DNA from: Octopus vulgaris
Lineage: Eukaryota
Assembly (NCBI GenBank): GCA_951406725.2
Contig: OX597828.1
Span: 21,328,001-21,392,000, forward strand
Reading direction: 5' to 3'
DNA: 64,000 nucleotides
Both the position numbers and the translations under genes were made by a program. The stretch's first letter is position 1. Each line of letters begins with the position of its first letter. Shown here piece after piece: positions 42,242-54,985 of this stretch. Under the pieces are notes generated by a model. The model searched no databases. It was not told where the DNA came from and worked only from the letters and a program-made list of their open reading frames with translations.

Positions 42242-42621
42242 GTGGAGGCGCAATGGCCCAGTGGTTAGGGCAGCGGACTCGCGGTCATAGGATCGCGGTT
42301 TCGATTCCCAGACCGGGCGTTGTGAGTGTTTATTGAGCGAAAACACCTAAAGCTCCACGAGGCTCCGGCAGGGGATGGTGGTGATCCCTGCTGTACTCTT
42401 TCACCACAACTTTCTCTCACTCTTACTTCCTGTTTCTGTTGTACCTGTATTTCAAAGGGCCGGCCTTGTCACTTTCTGTGTCACGCTGAATATCCCCGAG
42501 AACTACGTTAAGGGTGCACGTGTCTGTGGAGTGCTCAGCCACTTACACGTTAATTTCACGAGCAGGCTGTTCCGTTGATTCGGATCAACCGGAACCCTCG
42601 TCGTCGTAACCGACGGAGTGC
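42242..42621 (+). mobile_element. Full-length SINE family 2
   Basis: A box TGGCCCAGTGG, B box GGTTTCGATTCC, body, and structured tail ending GTCGTCGTAACCGACGGAGTGC. Confidence 0.9.
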
Positions 42622-42859
42622 TTCCTTCCTACCAATGCTAATGTAACGTTGTTTAAATTTACCTTCTATTACACTTATATATATATACATTTTTTCACGC
42701 ATAATCATTTCAGTGTTGCTTTTCTGGTGGACGCATTTTTATTTGTGCATGCGCAGTTAACTTAATTAATTTTAGGGGTTATATTTGTTAATATACTTTT
42801 CAAGACAGCAGTGCAGCTCCCATTAAGTCTAAGGATGTTTCTATTGAGTATGATTCTAT

Positions 42860-44440
42860 GTTCTTTAACATTCGGCTGTAAGCTTCGCCTAAAACTTGGA
42901 TTCCAGTGTCTTTGGTAAACATTGTACGGAAAAAAATCGTCTTAAGGTTGTCTGGCAAGGTTGACTTCCAGACAACACCTAGTTTATTTAGGACCGACCA
43001 TGCTTTTCAGTTGAGGTTATCTCAGAACCAAGGTATGTGAAACCATCAAGTTGATTGATAGGATCTCTTTTTGGTGTTGGCGATGGATCCTTGTTGATCG
43101 TGTACAGTGACCTTAGTTTTACGAGAATTTTTATTCGTTTTCTAAATGTAATAACATAGCAAGATGTTCTTGGACTCATCTTCTGAATGAAGTAATAATA
43201 GTGGTTTGTTGTAGCCGCGTTTTGTAGAAGGCGTCACAAGATCATCGACATCGTCTGACCTGAGATTGGTCAGACATTTTTACCCCGCTCATACCATCCA
43301 TCTCGGTCTTGTATTAGTTGATGGAGGCCTTCAGCATAGCATGCAGTGACTCTGGTGTGTTGATCTCAGGATATTGTATCCAGGTAAGCTAATTCTAGAC
43401 TATGAAGTAATTGGGTCTGATACTGTGTCAGAGATTACGACTACATCTTCAGAATAGTCTATATCAGTCATGTTTTTGAGCTGGATGTCCGACCCATCTC
43501 CTTTACGCGAGTGTGAAACCGAAGCAATCTAACTCGTCAAGTGATATTCTGAGGACATAATCCAGAGTGATCACGAAAAGAAAAGGTACCAGTATCCCGA
43601 CACTAAAATATTCTGTTTTTGATGTCAAAGAAATTTGTATCTCTGCCTGGGGACCTTACCGTTGATTTAGTGTTTCTATAAAGCTCCATAATCGTTGCTG
43701 TTGTTTCCTCAGGGATATCACAGACCAGGAGTATTTTTCAAAATTTTACCACGGTGGATAGGGTCAAAAATCTTTGAGAAATCAACAAACAGTAATATTG
43801 CTTCGTGATTTCTGGCTTTTACTCTGAGTATTTCTCAGACAGCCGATCTATTTTCTGTCTCTGAAACCATTTTGATTTCTTCTCAAAACTTTATTAATTT
43901 CTGGTTGTATCCTGTTGAGTAGAAGTGGATAATATAGTTTTGCTGCTTTGGCTGTACGAGTGATAGATCTGTTACTTGTGAGAGCCAAATCGCATTTCTT
44001 TGGAAATGGGAATATGCAGCCTTCTCTCCGTTTGTCAATGTTGCTTCCAGTGTAGACTGTGTTTCAGAATACCAGCCTAACAGAATATCATTGAATTTTC
44101 CTGTTTTCCATACTAGTTTATGTGTACGATCACTTGGAGAATGCAACCGACCAAGAAACCGCTATATGGAGATCTCCCTGTTTCAAACATTACAAAAGAA
44201 AGGCGCTTGCGTTTTACGAGACATTTCTGGTCAGCTGACACAAGATCTGGCAAATGACCTCCTGCTATAGATGCCAAAGCGTGGCCGAACTCGAGCAGGT
44301 TACCTGGATACAATATCCTTAGATCAACACACCAGAGTCACTGCATGCTATGCTGAAGGCCTCCATCAATTAATACAAGACCGAGATGGATGGTATGCGC
44401 GGGGTAAAAATGTCTGACCAATCTCAGGTCAGACGATGTC
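42860..44440. mobile_element. RTE-clade LINE relic with inverted 5' part
   Basis: Minus 44120-43390: FPKK..NRSIT..LLNRIQPEI..LRRNQNGFR..FVDFSK..PFLFVITLDYVLR. Minus 43130-42860: FTYLGSEI..VWKS..YSRMLK. Plus 44125-44420: TWR..LYGDLP..RRLRF..QDRDGW. Confidence 0.8.
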
Positions 44441-44554
44441 GATGATCTTGTGACGCCTTCTACAAAAGGCGGCTACAACAAACCACTATTATTACTTCAT
44501 TCAGAAGATGAGTCCAAGAACATCTTGCTATGTTATTACATTTAGAAAACGAAT
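43132..44554. repeat. ~255-bp near-perfect inverted repeat (43132-43387 / 44299-44554)
   Basis: TATTCGTTTTCTAAATGTAATAACATAGC..GATATTGTATCCAGGTAA versus its reverse complement; only a few mismatches. Confidence 0.95.
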
Positions 44555-44787
44555 AGAAATATGAGAAAAACTTGAATAAAATATATTAAAATCTAACACA
44601 GACGTCTTCAAGGAAGTATGTTCGGAAGAAAAGCTGATCCCTATGTATGCGTGTCTGTCTGCCTGTCTGCATGCATGCACATATGTATGTATGCATGTGT
44701 GTGCATATAAATATACTCACTTAAACTATCATATTGACATACATAGGAACAGGTGTTGATATGCATGCTTATACGTACATATATAGA

Positions 44788-45182
44788 TGTAGGAGTAGCT
44801 GTGTGGTAAGTAGCTTGCTTACAAACCACATGGTTCCGGGTTTAGTCCCACTGCGTGGCACCTTGGGCAAGTGCCTTCTACTATAGCCTCGGGCCAACCA
44901 AAGACTTGTGAGTGGATTTTGTAGACGGAAACTGAAAGAAGCCCGTTGTATATATGTATGTATGCGTGTGTATGTTTGTGGGTCTGTGTTTGTCCCACCA
45001 ACATCGCTTGACAACCGATGCTGGTGTGTTTACGTCCCCTTAACCTAGCGGTTCGGCAAAAGAGAACGATAGAATAAGTACTAGGCTTCCAAAGAATAAG
45101 TCCTGGGGTCGATTTGCTCGACCAAAGGCGGTGCTCCAGCATGGCCACAGTCAATTGACTGAAATAAGTAAAAGAGTAAAAG
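44788..45182 (+). mobile_element. Full-length SINE family 3
   Basis: tRNA-like head AGCTGTGTGGTAAG..GGGTTTAGTCCC, CORE-like CACCTTGGGCAAGTG, internal TA/TG tract, 3' body ending GTAAAAGAGTAAAAG. Confidence 0.88.
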
Positions 45183-45184
45183 CG

Positions 45185-45215
<31 letters not shown>

Positions 45216-45947
45216 GAGAGAGAGAGAGAGCTACATGCATACACACACACACACAAACACACATATATATGTATATCTATATTTATATATATGCATACAT
45301 ACATATCTATATATATATATGAATATCTATGCAGATACATATATATATCTATATTTATACATATATATACACACACACATATATATATGTACATTTAATC
45401 ACATACATACATACATATATATAAATATACATATATATATATATACATATATATACTCAAGCATATTTATATAATATACACAGATGCATACACACTCATA
45501 CGCACAAATACTACAATAATGTGATACAGTTTCTTCGAGTCTTCATATTCATAGATCCATTTATTTTTCTCAAATTCGTTTCGTTGTGTTCCAGATTATT
45601 TACTTCCTCCAATGTCAAAGCTTTGTCTTGAAGCTGACAATCGAGTTATGATTGTCAAAAGCCGCATTGCCAGCAGATCATTAGAATTAAGGCAGCTAAA
45701 TTATTATTGATTCCTACTTACACGGAGGATAAGTGAATTGTGAAATTAAATATAAAATATGGCGTCGTTTCTTCATCTTTTCTTGTGAGTCGAGAACGAG
45801 GTTCGTTTTTGGTAATGACGTTATAACTCGCGATGTATCGTTGGATTTCACATTATTGTGTGTATTATGTTTGTAAATCTGTGTATGGCGGTCGTGAACT
45901 GGTGAATGTGTGTATCGCAGTCGTGTATATAAATATGTACATGTATG

Positions 45948-46006
<59 letters not shown>

Positions 46007-46015
46007 ATATATACA

Positions 46016-46740
46016 TAAAGAGGAAAATATTTAGTTGCAAATCTCTGAGCGAGAAGTAAGTAGTAACAGTATTACAGAGTAAAATATCTATTTGCCAACG
46101 TAAAGTGGCAGTCCTAGTTAAGACGATGTCATTACTATTTTTAGTCCCAGGAAAACACATTTTCCAGCTAGCTACCGACGCGTAACTGCGTCCTTATACC
46201 TCTAATAAGGGAGCTAATATCCCCACCCAGCCTTAAAAGGTACTTGCAGACCATGGCTTCTGGGCTATTTCACGTCATCGGCACAACTTAACCGTTGGCT
46301 CGAGATGACAGCTGGAAAAAATGTTTCTCTGGGGCTAAAAAAAGGTAGTAACGTCGTTCTAACCAGGACTGCCAATTTATATTGGCAAATAGATTTTACT
46401 CTGTAGTACTGTTACTAATTCTCGCTCACAGATTTAAAGCTAAATGTTTTCCTCTTTACGAGATCAGTGACTGTGTGCCACTTTAAAAGTATATACCGCG
46501 AACAAGACCTGCCATCTCGAACCAACGGTTATCCTGTGCCGATGTGGAGAAATGACTCAGAAACCATGGTCCGCAGGCATCGTTTAAGCCTGAGTGGGGA
46601 CATTATCTCTCTTGTTCGAGACATATAAGAACGCAGATGTGTGTCGGTAGCTAGCGGGGAAAGATGTTTTCCTGGGTGTAAAAAAGGCAGTAACATCGTC
46701 CTAATCAGGATGGCCAATTTACGTGGGCAAATAGATTTTA
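46016..46740. mobile_element. Long-TIR MITE/foldback element with an extra inverted arm
   Basis: 46016-46170 is inverted at 46310-46458 (TAAAGAGGAAAA..TTTTCCTCTTTA); 46080-46310 is inverted again at 46510-46740. Confidence 0.7.
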
Positions 46741-46909
46741 CACACGCACGTGTGTGTATGTATATATTATGATTATATATATATATATATATGCACTCAT
46801 ACTCATGCATACATACATTTATATATATATATGCACATACATGTATGTTATATATCTATATAATACTATGCATACACATTCTTATTCACACCTATCTACA
46901 TATTTCCAT

Positions 46910-47222
46910 GTCTCAGAGCGTCGGACTCGCAATCAAGAGGTACTGAGTTCGATTCCTAGACTGGGCTGTGTGTTGTGTTCTTGGGCAAGTCACTTTATTT
47001 TAAGTTGCTTCAGTTCACTCAGCTGTAGAAATAAGTTGCGATGTTCACTGGTGCCAGGCTGTATCGGCTTTTGCCTTTCCCTTGGATAACATCAGTGGCG
47101 TGGAGAGAGGAGGCTGATATGCATGGGTGACTGCTGGTCTTCCATAAACAACCTCACACGGACTTGTGCGTCGAAGGGAAACTTTCTAGGTGCTATTCTA
47201 TTGTCAATAATGACCGAAGGAG
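46910..47222 (+). mobile_element. SINE family 4 (tRNA plus CORE-like domain)
   Basis: B box GAGTTCGATTCC and GTGTTCTTGGGCAAGTCACTT; matches 58990-59262. Confidence 0.8.
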
Positions 47223-47490
47223 GACTTTATACTGCCGACTACAATACACAGCAGCGACTAACCGCTGTTATCTCATCTGTCTGTCTGTCGGTCTGTCTAT
47301 CTACATACATACATATACATACATACATACATACATACATACATACATACATACACACATACATACATCATACACATACAATCATGCATGCATACATATA
47401 TATACACACACACATACATACTTACACCCACACAAAGACTTATATATCTTATGTTTTACTTGCTTCTGTTATTAGACTGCGGCCATGCTG

Positions 47491-47537
47491 GAGTGTGTCT
47501 CGGCAAGTGATTGCAAGAAACATGCAGATTAAAAGTA

Positions 47538-47538
<1 letters not shown>
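47491..47538 (+). mobile_element. R4/Dong family A 3' stub
   Basis: GAGTGTGTCTCGGCAAGTGATTGCAAGAAACATGCAGATTAAAAGTAAA matches 34925-34972. Confidence 0.75.
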
Positions 47539-47584
<46 letters not shown>

Positions 47585-47585
47585 A

Positions 47586-47638
<53 letters not shown>

Positions 47639-47665
47639 CAATAATAATAATAATATTAATAATAT

Positions 47666-48539
47666 TAAGGAAATGCGCCAGCTGCTGCTGCAAAGAAAAT
47701 TAAATTAATTGCAAAGACAAAAGCACATGCAAATTTAGCTAGCAGATGGTAACAGAAACCTCTGCATGGTAAGTATGTGACCCGTAGCAAACAAGATGAT
47801 GTCGACCAGAAACACACGCACCAATGGCTGTGAAGTTCAGTAACGATGAGATTGAAACTATAGACCACCTAATCTCAGGGTGTAGAGTCTTAGCTCCTGT
47901 AGAATATAAAGCAAGATATGACAGAGTCGGCCAGTATTTACACTGGGCAATATGTCGGCATTATAAAATCAAAACCGCTGACAAATGGTATAAACACCAT
48001 CCTGAAGCTGTGACTGAGGGAGAAAATGTATCGATTCTATGGGACTTCTCCGTACATACCGACAAAACTATAAAAGCTAATAAACCGGATATTATTATAG
48101 GAGATTAGACAAGAAAGGTGTGTTTATTAATTGACATGAGTATTCCTTGCAATCATAATATAGCGGCGAAAGAATTTGACATGTGACATCTCAAGGCGAC
48201 TACAGTACCAGTGATTGTAGGACCTCCAGGAATGATAAAAAAGTTACTGAAATCTTACCATCCCTACAGGAAGTGCAAAAAATCGTGTTAACTGGAACGG
48301 CTCATGTACTGAGACGAACATTATCGCTGTGAAAACAACATCCATTCATGAATTTATTTATTAATTAATTTTTAAATACATATTTTATCTGTGAATTTGC
48401 GTGGGTATTCTGGGAATGCATACAATCAGCTTCTCTCCCGTAGGTGTACAGAAAACACTCGGCTAAGCATTTCGTCCTGTGTGCTAATGTTTCTGCCTGC
48501 TCGCCAACTTTTAACAACAACAACAACAACAACAACAAC

Positions 48540-48603
<64 letters not shown>

Positions 48604-48633
48604 TGCTAATGTTTCTGCCAGCTCACCAACTTT
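47666..48633 (+). mobile_element. R4/Dong family C 3' fragment (47666-48512) plus duplicated 33-nt terminus (48601-48633)
   Basis: W*QKPLHGKY..ETIDHLISGCRVLAPVEYKARYDRVGQYLHW..LWDFSVHTDKTIKANKPDII..TAHVLRRTLSL-stop. Confidence 0.9.
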
Positions 48634-48652
48634 TAACAACAACAACAACAAC

Positions 48653-48716
<64 letters not shown>

Positions 48717-48717
<1 letters not shown>

Positions 48718-49138
48718 GCAAATATAAAGATCTTGAAATAGAAATCAGCAAAATGTGGAACCTGAAGACTAAAACAATACCTGTTGTCATAGGTGCCCTG
48801 GGAATGATAGCAAAAGGGGCTGATAGCTACCTAACTCAGATACCAGGAAACCCCAAAATGGCAGAAATTCAAAAGATAGTGCTCATGGGAACTGCTCATA
48901 TCCTACGCAAAATACTTTCTATGTAATCTCAAGGTTTAAAACAAACATAATTTTCGGTTTTAAAAAAAAAAAAAAACAACTTTTTTTTAGACATTCATTA
49001 GTACAACACCCCCACCCCCCAAATATATGGCACACTAGGCATAACAACAACATGAACTTCCAACCCTGTTGTCTCTTGAGGTCTCTGGGTGAGACTTGGA
49101 GCCAACTTGTACAAATATAAAGCAAAAGTCAAACATAG
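48717..49138 (+). mobile_element. R4/Dong family B, second 3' fragment
   Basis: SKYKDLEIEISKMWNLKTKTIPVVIGALG..TAHILRKILSM; UTR matches 35530-35720. Confidence 0.9.
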
Positions 49139-49276
49139 AATAATAATAATAATAACAACAACAACAACAACAACGACGATGAAAATGATGACAATGATAA
49201 TAATAATGATGATGATTATGACAATGATGATGATGACGACGACGACGACGATGATGATGATAAGAACAGCAACAAC

Positions 49277-49329
<53 letters not shown>

Positions 49330-49331
<2 letters not shown>

Positions 49332-49751
49332 GACCAGATATAGTTGTCAGAGATCATGAAGAAAAAAAATGCTTTTTAATTGATGTATCAATACCGGCAG
49401 ATGACAACGTGTCTCTAAAAGAAATGGAGAAACTCTCAAAATACAAAGACCTGGAAATAGAGGTAACTAGAATGTGGAATCTGAAAACAGAAACAATTCC
49501 TATCATAGTAGGTGCATTAGGCATGATAAAAAAATATTCAGACAAATACATAACAAAAACACCAGGACTTACAAACACATATAACATACAGAAAATTGCA
49601 CTACTAGGCACTGCCCACATCCTACGCAGAACACTTTCCATACAATAACCATCAGAGCATCACAACAAATCACAGCACATACCCAAGGCACACAGAGCTG
49701 CGCTCGGTAGTGAAGTGAAAGCACGCTATAAAAATAAAAATAAAACTACTG
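49330..49751 (+). mobile_element. R4/Dong family D, 3' fragment
   Basis: Uninterrupted RPDIVVRDHEEKKCFLIDVSIPADDNVSLKEMEKLSKYKDL..GTAHILRRTLSIQ-stop (PD..D..K RLE motif); flanked by (TAA)n. Confidence 0.9.
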
Positions 49752-49829
49752 AATAATAATAATAATAATGATAATAATAATAATAATAATAATAATGATA
49801 ATAATAATAATAATAATAACAATATCAGA

Positions 49830-49903
<74 letters not shown>

Positions 49904-50858
49904 CAACAACAATAATGATAAACTGCGGTGTAACAACCAGAATTATCCGCAGTAATTAGAATAATAATGTTAGAATGAAAGAAAAAATTCTTCTCAAAAT
50001 GAAAGAAATAATACAAAAATAAAAACAACAAAAAACAACAACATAACAGCATATTCTTTAAGTCTCCGTCCCCTACCGAAAAAAAAACCCCGCAGCAATG
50101 AAGAAGGAAAGCAATAAGAGAAAGACAGCACGTCACCTAAATCTGATAAATAAATTAAAATAAAATAAAACTAATAGAAATGGTGAGAAGAAATAAGAAA
50201 TTATAGATTAAGAGGTATAAACAACAATATTAACGACGTTAACAACAACAACAACGACAATAACAACGACTACGACAACAACAGTGACACGACATGACAC
50301 GGCACACTCCGCATCTGTTAAATAAATAAATAAATTAAATATAATAACATAATAATATAGATAACATAACAGAATACAAACAACAAAATAGCGGAATTTA
50401 TTGCAAAACTGCGATAGAGATAATGAGAAACACACGCACATACAGAGATAGAAAACAAAAGCAAAAAGAGATAAGGGGGGTAAAAACAGAAAAAGAAAAT
50501 AACTAAATTTCAAACTGCTAATCAAACTGATTTAATTTATTGACTGCAATAAGACCATTTTAAAACAATTCCACAATCTTGATGTGAAACTGGATAGCTT
50601 TACATTAATAGTCGTTTCACATCTCATTCTTATTCACGTAGTTATATAACGGTGTACGATATATCGTTAAGAACGTTTATTTCGATGTATTTAACTATTG
50701 GCTGTCTGGCTCTGTTCCTTCCATAACTATCGCAACGCATTGCGATGCATCGCATCTTCTTGTCCCTACTTCATCTCATGCAAATGGAAATGTGTGTATA
50801 TATATCTATGCATGTTTACCGAAAGTGTGCCCGCATGGTTGTTAATGCATTGTGTTGA

Positions 50859-50918
<60 letters not shown>

Positions 50919-50933
50919 CAGCTTGCTAGCTAG

Positions 50934-50976
<43 letters not shown>

Positions 50977-51042
50977 TACCTACGTATGTATGTGTGTATG
51001 TATGTATGTATGTATGTATGTATGTATGTATGTATCTATCTA

Positions 51043-51103
<61 letters not shown>

Positions 51104-51160
51104 CTATTTCTATCTATCTGTCTGTCTGTCTATCAACGTATAAACTGAAACTGAGAGTTA

Positions 51161-51204
51161 GTCTTACAACTCGAGTTTCGCACACAGCGATCTTCAGGCG
51201 AGAA
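51161..51204 (-). ncRNA. Minimal type-I hammerhead-like motif
   Basis: UCUCGC-CUGAAGA-UC-GC-UGUGU-GC-GAAAC-UCGA-GUU-GUAAGA; palindromic stem III ACUCGAGU; stem I 5 of 6 paired. Confidence 0.6.
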
Positions 51205-51867
51205 CTGTTATAACTTGGTATTCATAGTGTATTTATATCCTTGTGTATGAATCTAGAGCGTGTGTTTTGTCATTGCTTACATGTTTGTTGACTGGATATA
51301 CACACATTCACACACACATATATTTTATGCGCATACATATAAAACATATGCATATATTTAGAGAATAACTTTTTTCATATACCCATCGCCCACCATACCA
51401 TCGCCCATGATGCCACAAAACGTTTAGTAACTTTTTCCGTCTACAGTCGGCGGCCCTTAATAACAACAATCGGTGTGCCCTGCGCATTGGCAAAAATTGG
51501 ATACCTTCATTTCCATAGATCACTCGCAAGTGTAGTGTAGTGGAATCGTGAACAGTTCTGATCCCCCAATCGCCTGCTCTACTATGTCCTTTGCTGAAGT
51601 GAAATCGGTCTTTGGGGATGAAGTACAGGTATTCCTATACTAATGTATGCTTTAACGGCATCGTTATCGCGGAAACCCGTGAAAATAGCGCGTTACATCG
51701 GTAGCTCAGGAGATTAGCTCAGGAGATTGTATAGCTGAAAGCAATGCTCATCCCCATCGTCACTACCTCTAGCGAAACTGGCTCTGCTCCCACCGTCGCA
51801 CGTGCCATGACGACGACGACGACCACCACCACCACCACTAAGACACATACAAATAATCCTTTTTATT

Positions 51868-52296
51868 ATAGGCACAAGGCCTGAAATTTTGCAGGGCAGG
51901 GGTTAATACTCGACTGGTTCTTGTTTCATTGACCCCGAAAAGATGAAAGGCAAAGTCGACGTTGGTGGAATTTGAACTCATAACGTAAAGGCAGACGAAA
52001 AGTCGTTAAACATTTTGTCCAACACGCCAACGATTCTGCCTTCTCGTCGACTTGACACGTAAAAAATAATAGTTTCAAATATCGTCACAAGGCCAGCAAT
52101 GTAGGGGGAATGGTAAGACGATTACATCGAGCCCCCACCACCCTGACGTGCTCTTCTTGTAGTAATTTTATCGATCCCCGGAAGGATATAGAGCAAGAGC
52201 GACTTCAGCAGAATTCTAAATAACAACGCAAAGGCGCACAGATGCCGCAAGCATTTTGGCCAGTGTGTTAATGAATCTGTCAACGCGTTGCCTTGA
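51868..52296 (-). mobile_element. Two degenerate SINE family 1 relatives
   Basis: GACCCCGAAAAGATGAAAGGCAAAGTCGAC..GGAATTTGAACTC. Confidence 0.7.
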
Positions 52297-52501
52297 CGCA
52301 AACAAATAATAAATGCCATTTCTATTCGGTGATAAGTTTCTTAATTCAATCGAAACCTTGTAATATCCTCCGAGAAAGCCGAGAATATATTGAATACTGG
52401 CGTTATGAATGAGGACTGGGTTTTAGTTCACATCATGTTTATATATGAAATATATTACATAAATCCACACATCATGGAGTGAGTGTATGCGTGTGTGTGT
52501 T

Positions 52502-52594
<93 letters not shown>

Positions 52595-52807
52595 ATGTGT
52601 GTGAGTGTGAGTGTGTGCATAAACGTATATATATACATGTATATACATAGGTACATATATACTTATATATATATATATATATATATACATATATATATGC
52701 CTACATATACATATATATTTATACATATGTATATCTATGTATACATATATGTATGATTATATATTTATGTATATATGTATATATGTATATATGTATATAT
52801 GTATATA

Positions 52808-52951
<144 letters not shown>

Positions 52952-53149
52952 GCATAACAGACGAATGGCGGCTTAAATTCGCGACGACATTGTTTCGGTA
53001 GAAATTTATTTGATTCAATCGTAAGAGATTACATCATATAACATATTTCACGTTGATGTTTCTCGATATTTACTTTTACTTTTAGTCTGGCCCACTTCTA
53101 CATATCCTATTTGACTAGCATGCTTCGGATGCTTACACCCACAAACAGT

Positions 53150-53334
53150 GAGTAGTAAAGAAATAGGTATTTCACGTGTCGCTACGTTTCGAATTCAAAT
53201 TCCGCCGAGGTCGACTTTGCCTTTCATCCACTCGGGGTTGATAGAATAAATACCTTTGAAACACTGGGGTTGATGTAATTGACTGGTCCCCTCCCCGACA
53301 TTTCAAGCCTTGTGGGTATAGTAGAAAGGATTAT
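53150..53334 (+). mobile_element. SINE family 1 unit
   Basis: TTCAAATTCCGCCGAGGTCGACTTTGCCTTTCATCC; alternative tail as at 3040-3087. Confidence 0.8.
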
Positions 53335-53382
53335 CATACGTACGTGTAAGAGAATGTGCACGTATACTTAGATGTGTATACT

Positions 53383-53469
<87 letters not shown>

Positions 53470-53483
53470 CATATATATACATG

Positions 53484-53546
<63 letters not shown>

Positions 53547-53628
53547 GACAAAAGATAAAACCAGTTAAAGTATATGAGTGCAACTGCACACTGTACGTAT
53601 TACGTAAGAACCACTCTTTATCTATCTG

Positions 53629-53712
<84 letters not shown>

Positions 53713-53740
53713 CACACATACACACATACACAAACACACA

Positions 53741-53793
<53 letters not shown>

Positions 53794-53912
53794 CTCAGGT
53801 CTGGTTAAGGGACTGAATTAGTAATGAACAGACTTCGTTACAAACGAAATCGAATTAACTCTGTAAAGCAGTCACCAAGCACTTATCTATATGTATGAAT
53901 GCATAAACATAT

Positions 53913-53964
<52 letters not shown>

Positions 53965-54467
53965 ACACACACACATGTGTATGCATATATGCATATATTC
54001 ATATATGTATTTATATACGCATGCATGTATATGTTTATATGCATATACACATGCATGTGTGTACTCTGTGGATTGAAAAGTTTTGCAGCATTTTGGTAAC
54101 TTATTTGCTATGTTTGTCAAGTTACAGCGAAAGCAGCCGTGCATTCAGAGTGGAGGCCATCGTGTTGTACCGTCTGAAGCCAACTTTCTGCCAGTTCTTT
54201 GATCCTATGCTGATACCAGTTCTTGGTTCCGGAGGCGCAAAACTCCTTCTCTGAAACTTGGTTGATGAAATGTCGTGAGCGCAAGAAGTGTGCCATGGCT
54301 TGGAACACGTAATAACCCGAAGGAACTAGATCTGGGCTAAATGTTGGATGTGGCATCAGTTCTGTTCCCTCAAGATCATGGGGATTATTCCAGGTCATTC
54401 GAGCGGTATGAGGTCTTGCGTTAACTTGCTGCGGAAGAGCTCGCTTTCTGTTGAACAATGCCACATA

Positions 54468-54616
54468 CATTATTTACATTATTTACATATGCGCGATATG
54501 CTCACGGGCATATTACTCCATAATTGCATACGGGAATATGGCGTAGTGGTTAAGAGCGCTGGCTACTAACCCCAAGATTCCGAGTTCGATTCCAGGCAGT
54601 GACCTGAATAATAATA

Positions 54617-54647
<31 letters not shown>

Positions 54648-54658
54648 TAGTAATAATA

Positions 54659-54697
<39 letters not shown>

Positions 54698-54709
54698 GTA
54701 ATAATAATA

Positions 54710-54767
<58 letters not shown>

Positions 54768-54985
54768 TAATAATAATAATAACAACAACAACAACAACAA
54801 CAACAACATCGAAAAATACCTTAGGAATGAGAACCCAGGTTCGAAAGTTCCCCAAGACACCCGATGAAGGCAGGAGGGTATATCAGCCGAAACGTTGACA
54901 AATATCCGTCATGAGGACAAATATCCGTCAAATGTAAGTAATGTAAATAATGTGCATAATTCCTCATCTCTTAAATATATAACTG
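54468..54985 (+). mobile_element. tRNA-headed, hammerhead-bearing retroposon inserted in the mariner
   Basis: 11-bp TSD AATGCCACATA (54457-54467 / 54986-54996); A box TGGCGTAGTGG and B box GAGTTCGATTCC; (TAA)n; hammerhead motif at 54861-54896; 5' end is an inverted copy of 54932-54952. Confidence 0.85.
54857..54897 (+). ncRNA. Minimal type-I hammerhead-like motif
   Basis: CCGAUGA-A-GGCAG-GAGGGUAUAU-CAGCC-GAAAC-GUU; stem II 4 of 5 paired; palindromic AACGUU. Confidence 0.6.

Noticed and set aside
42242-42320. tRNA gene (also 1488, 37137, 54535, 58990)
   Set aside because: A and B boxes are present but there is no proper acceptor stem, and each continues into a repeated SINE body.
48444-48926. 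160-aa ORF joining poly-N/poly-I to an RLE C-terminus
   Set aside because: Triplet repeats happen to be in frame with a truncated Dong fragment; there is no evidence of a fusion gene.
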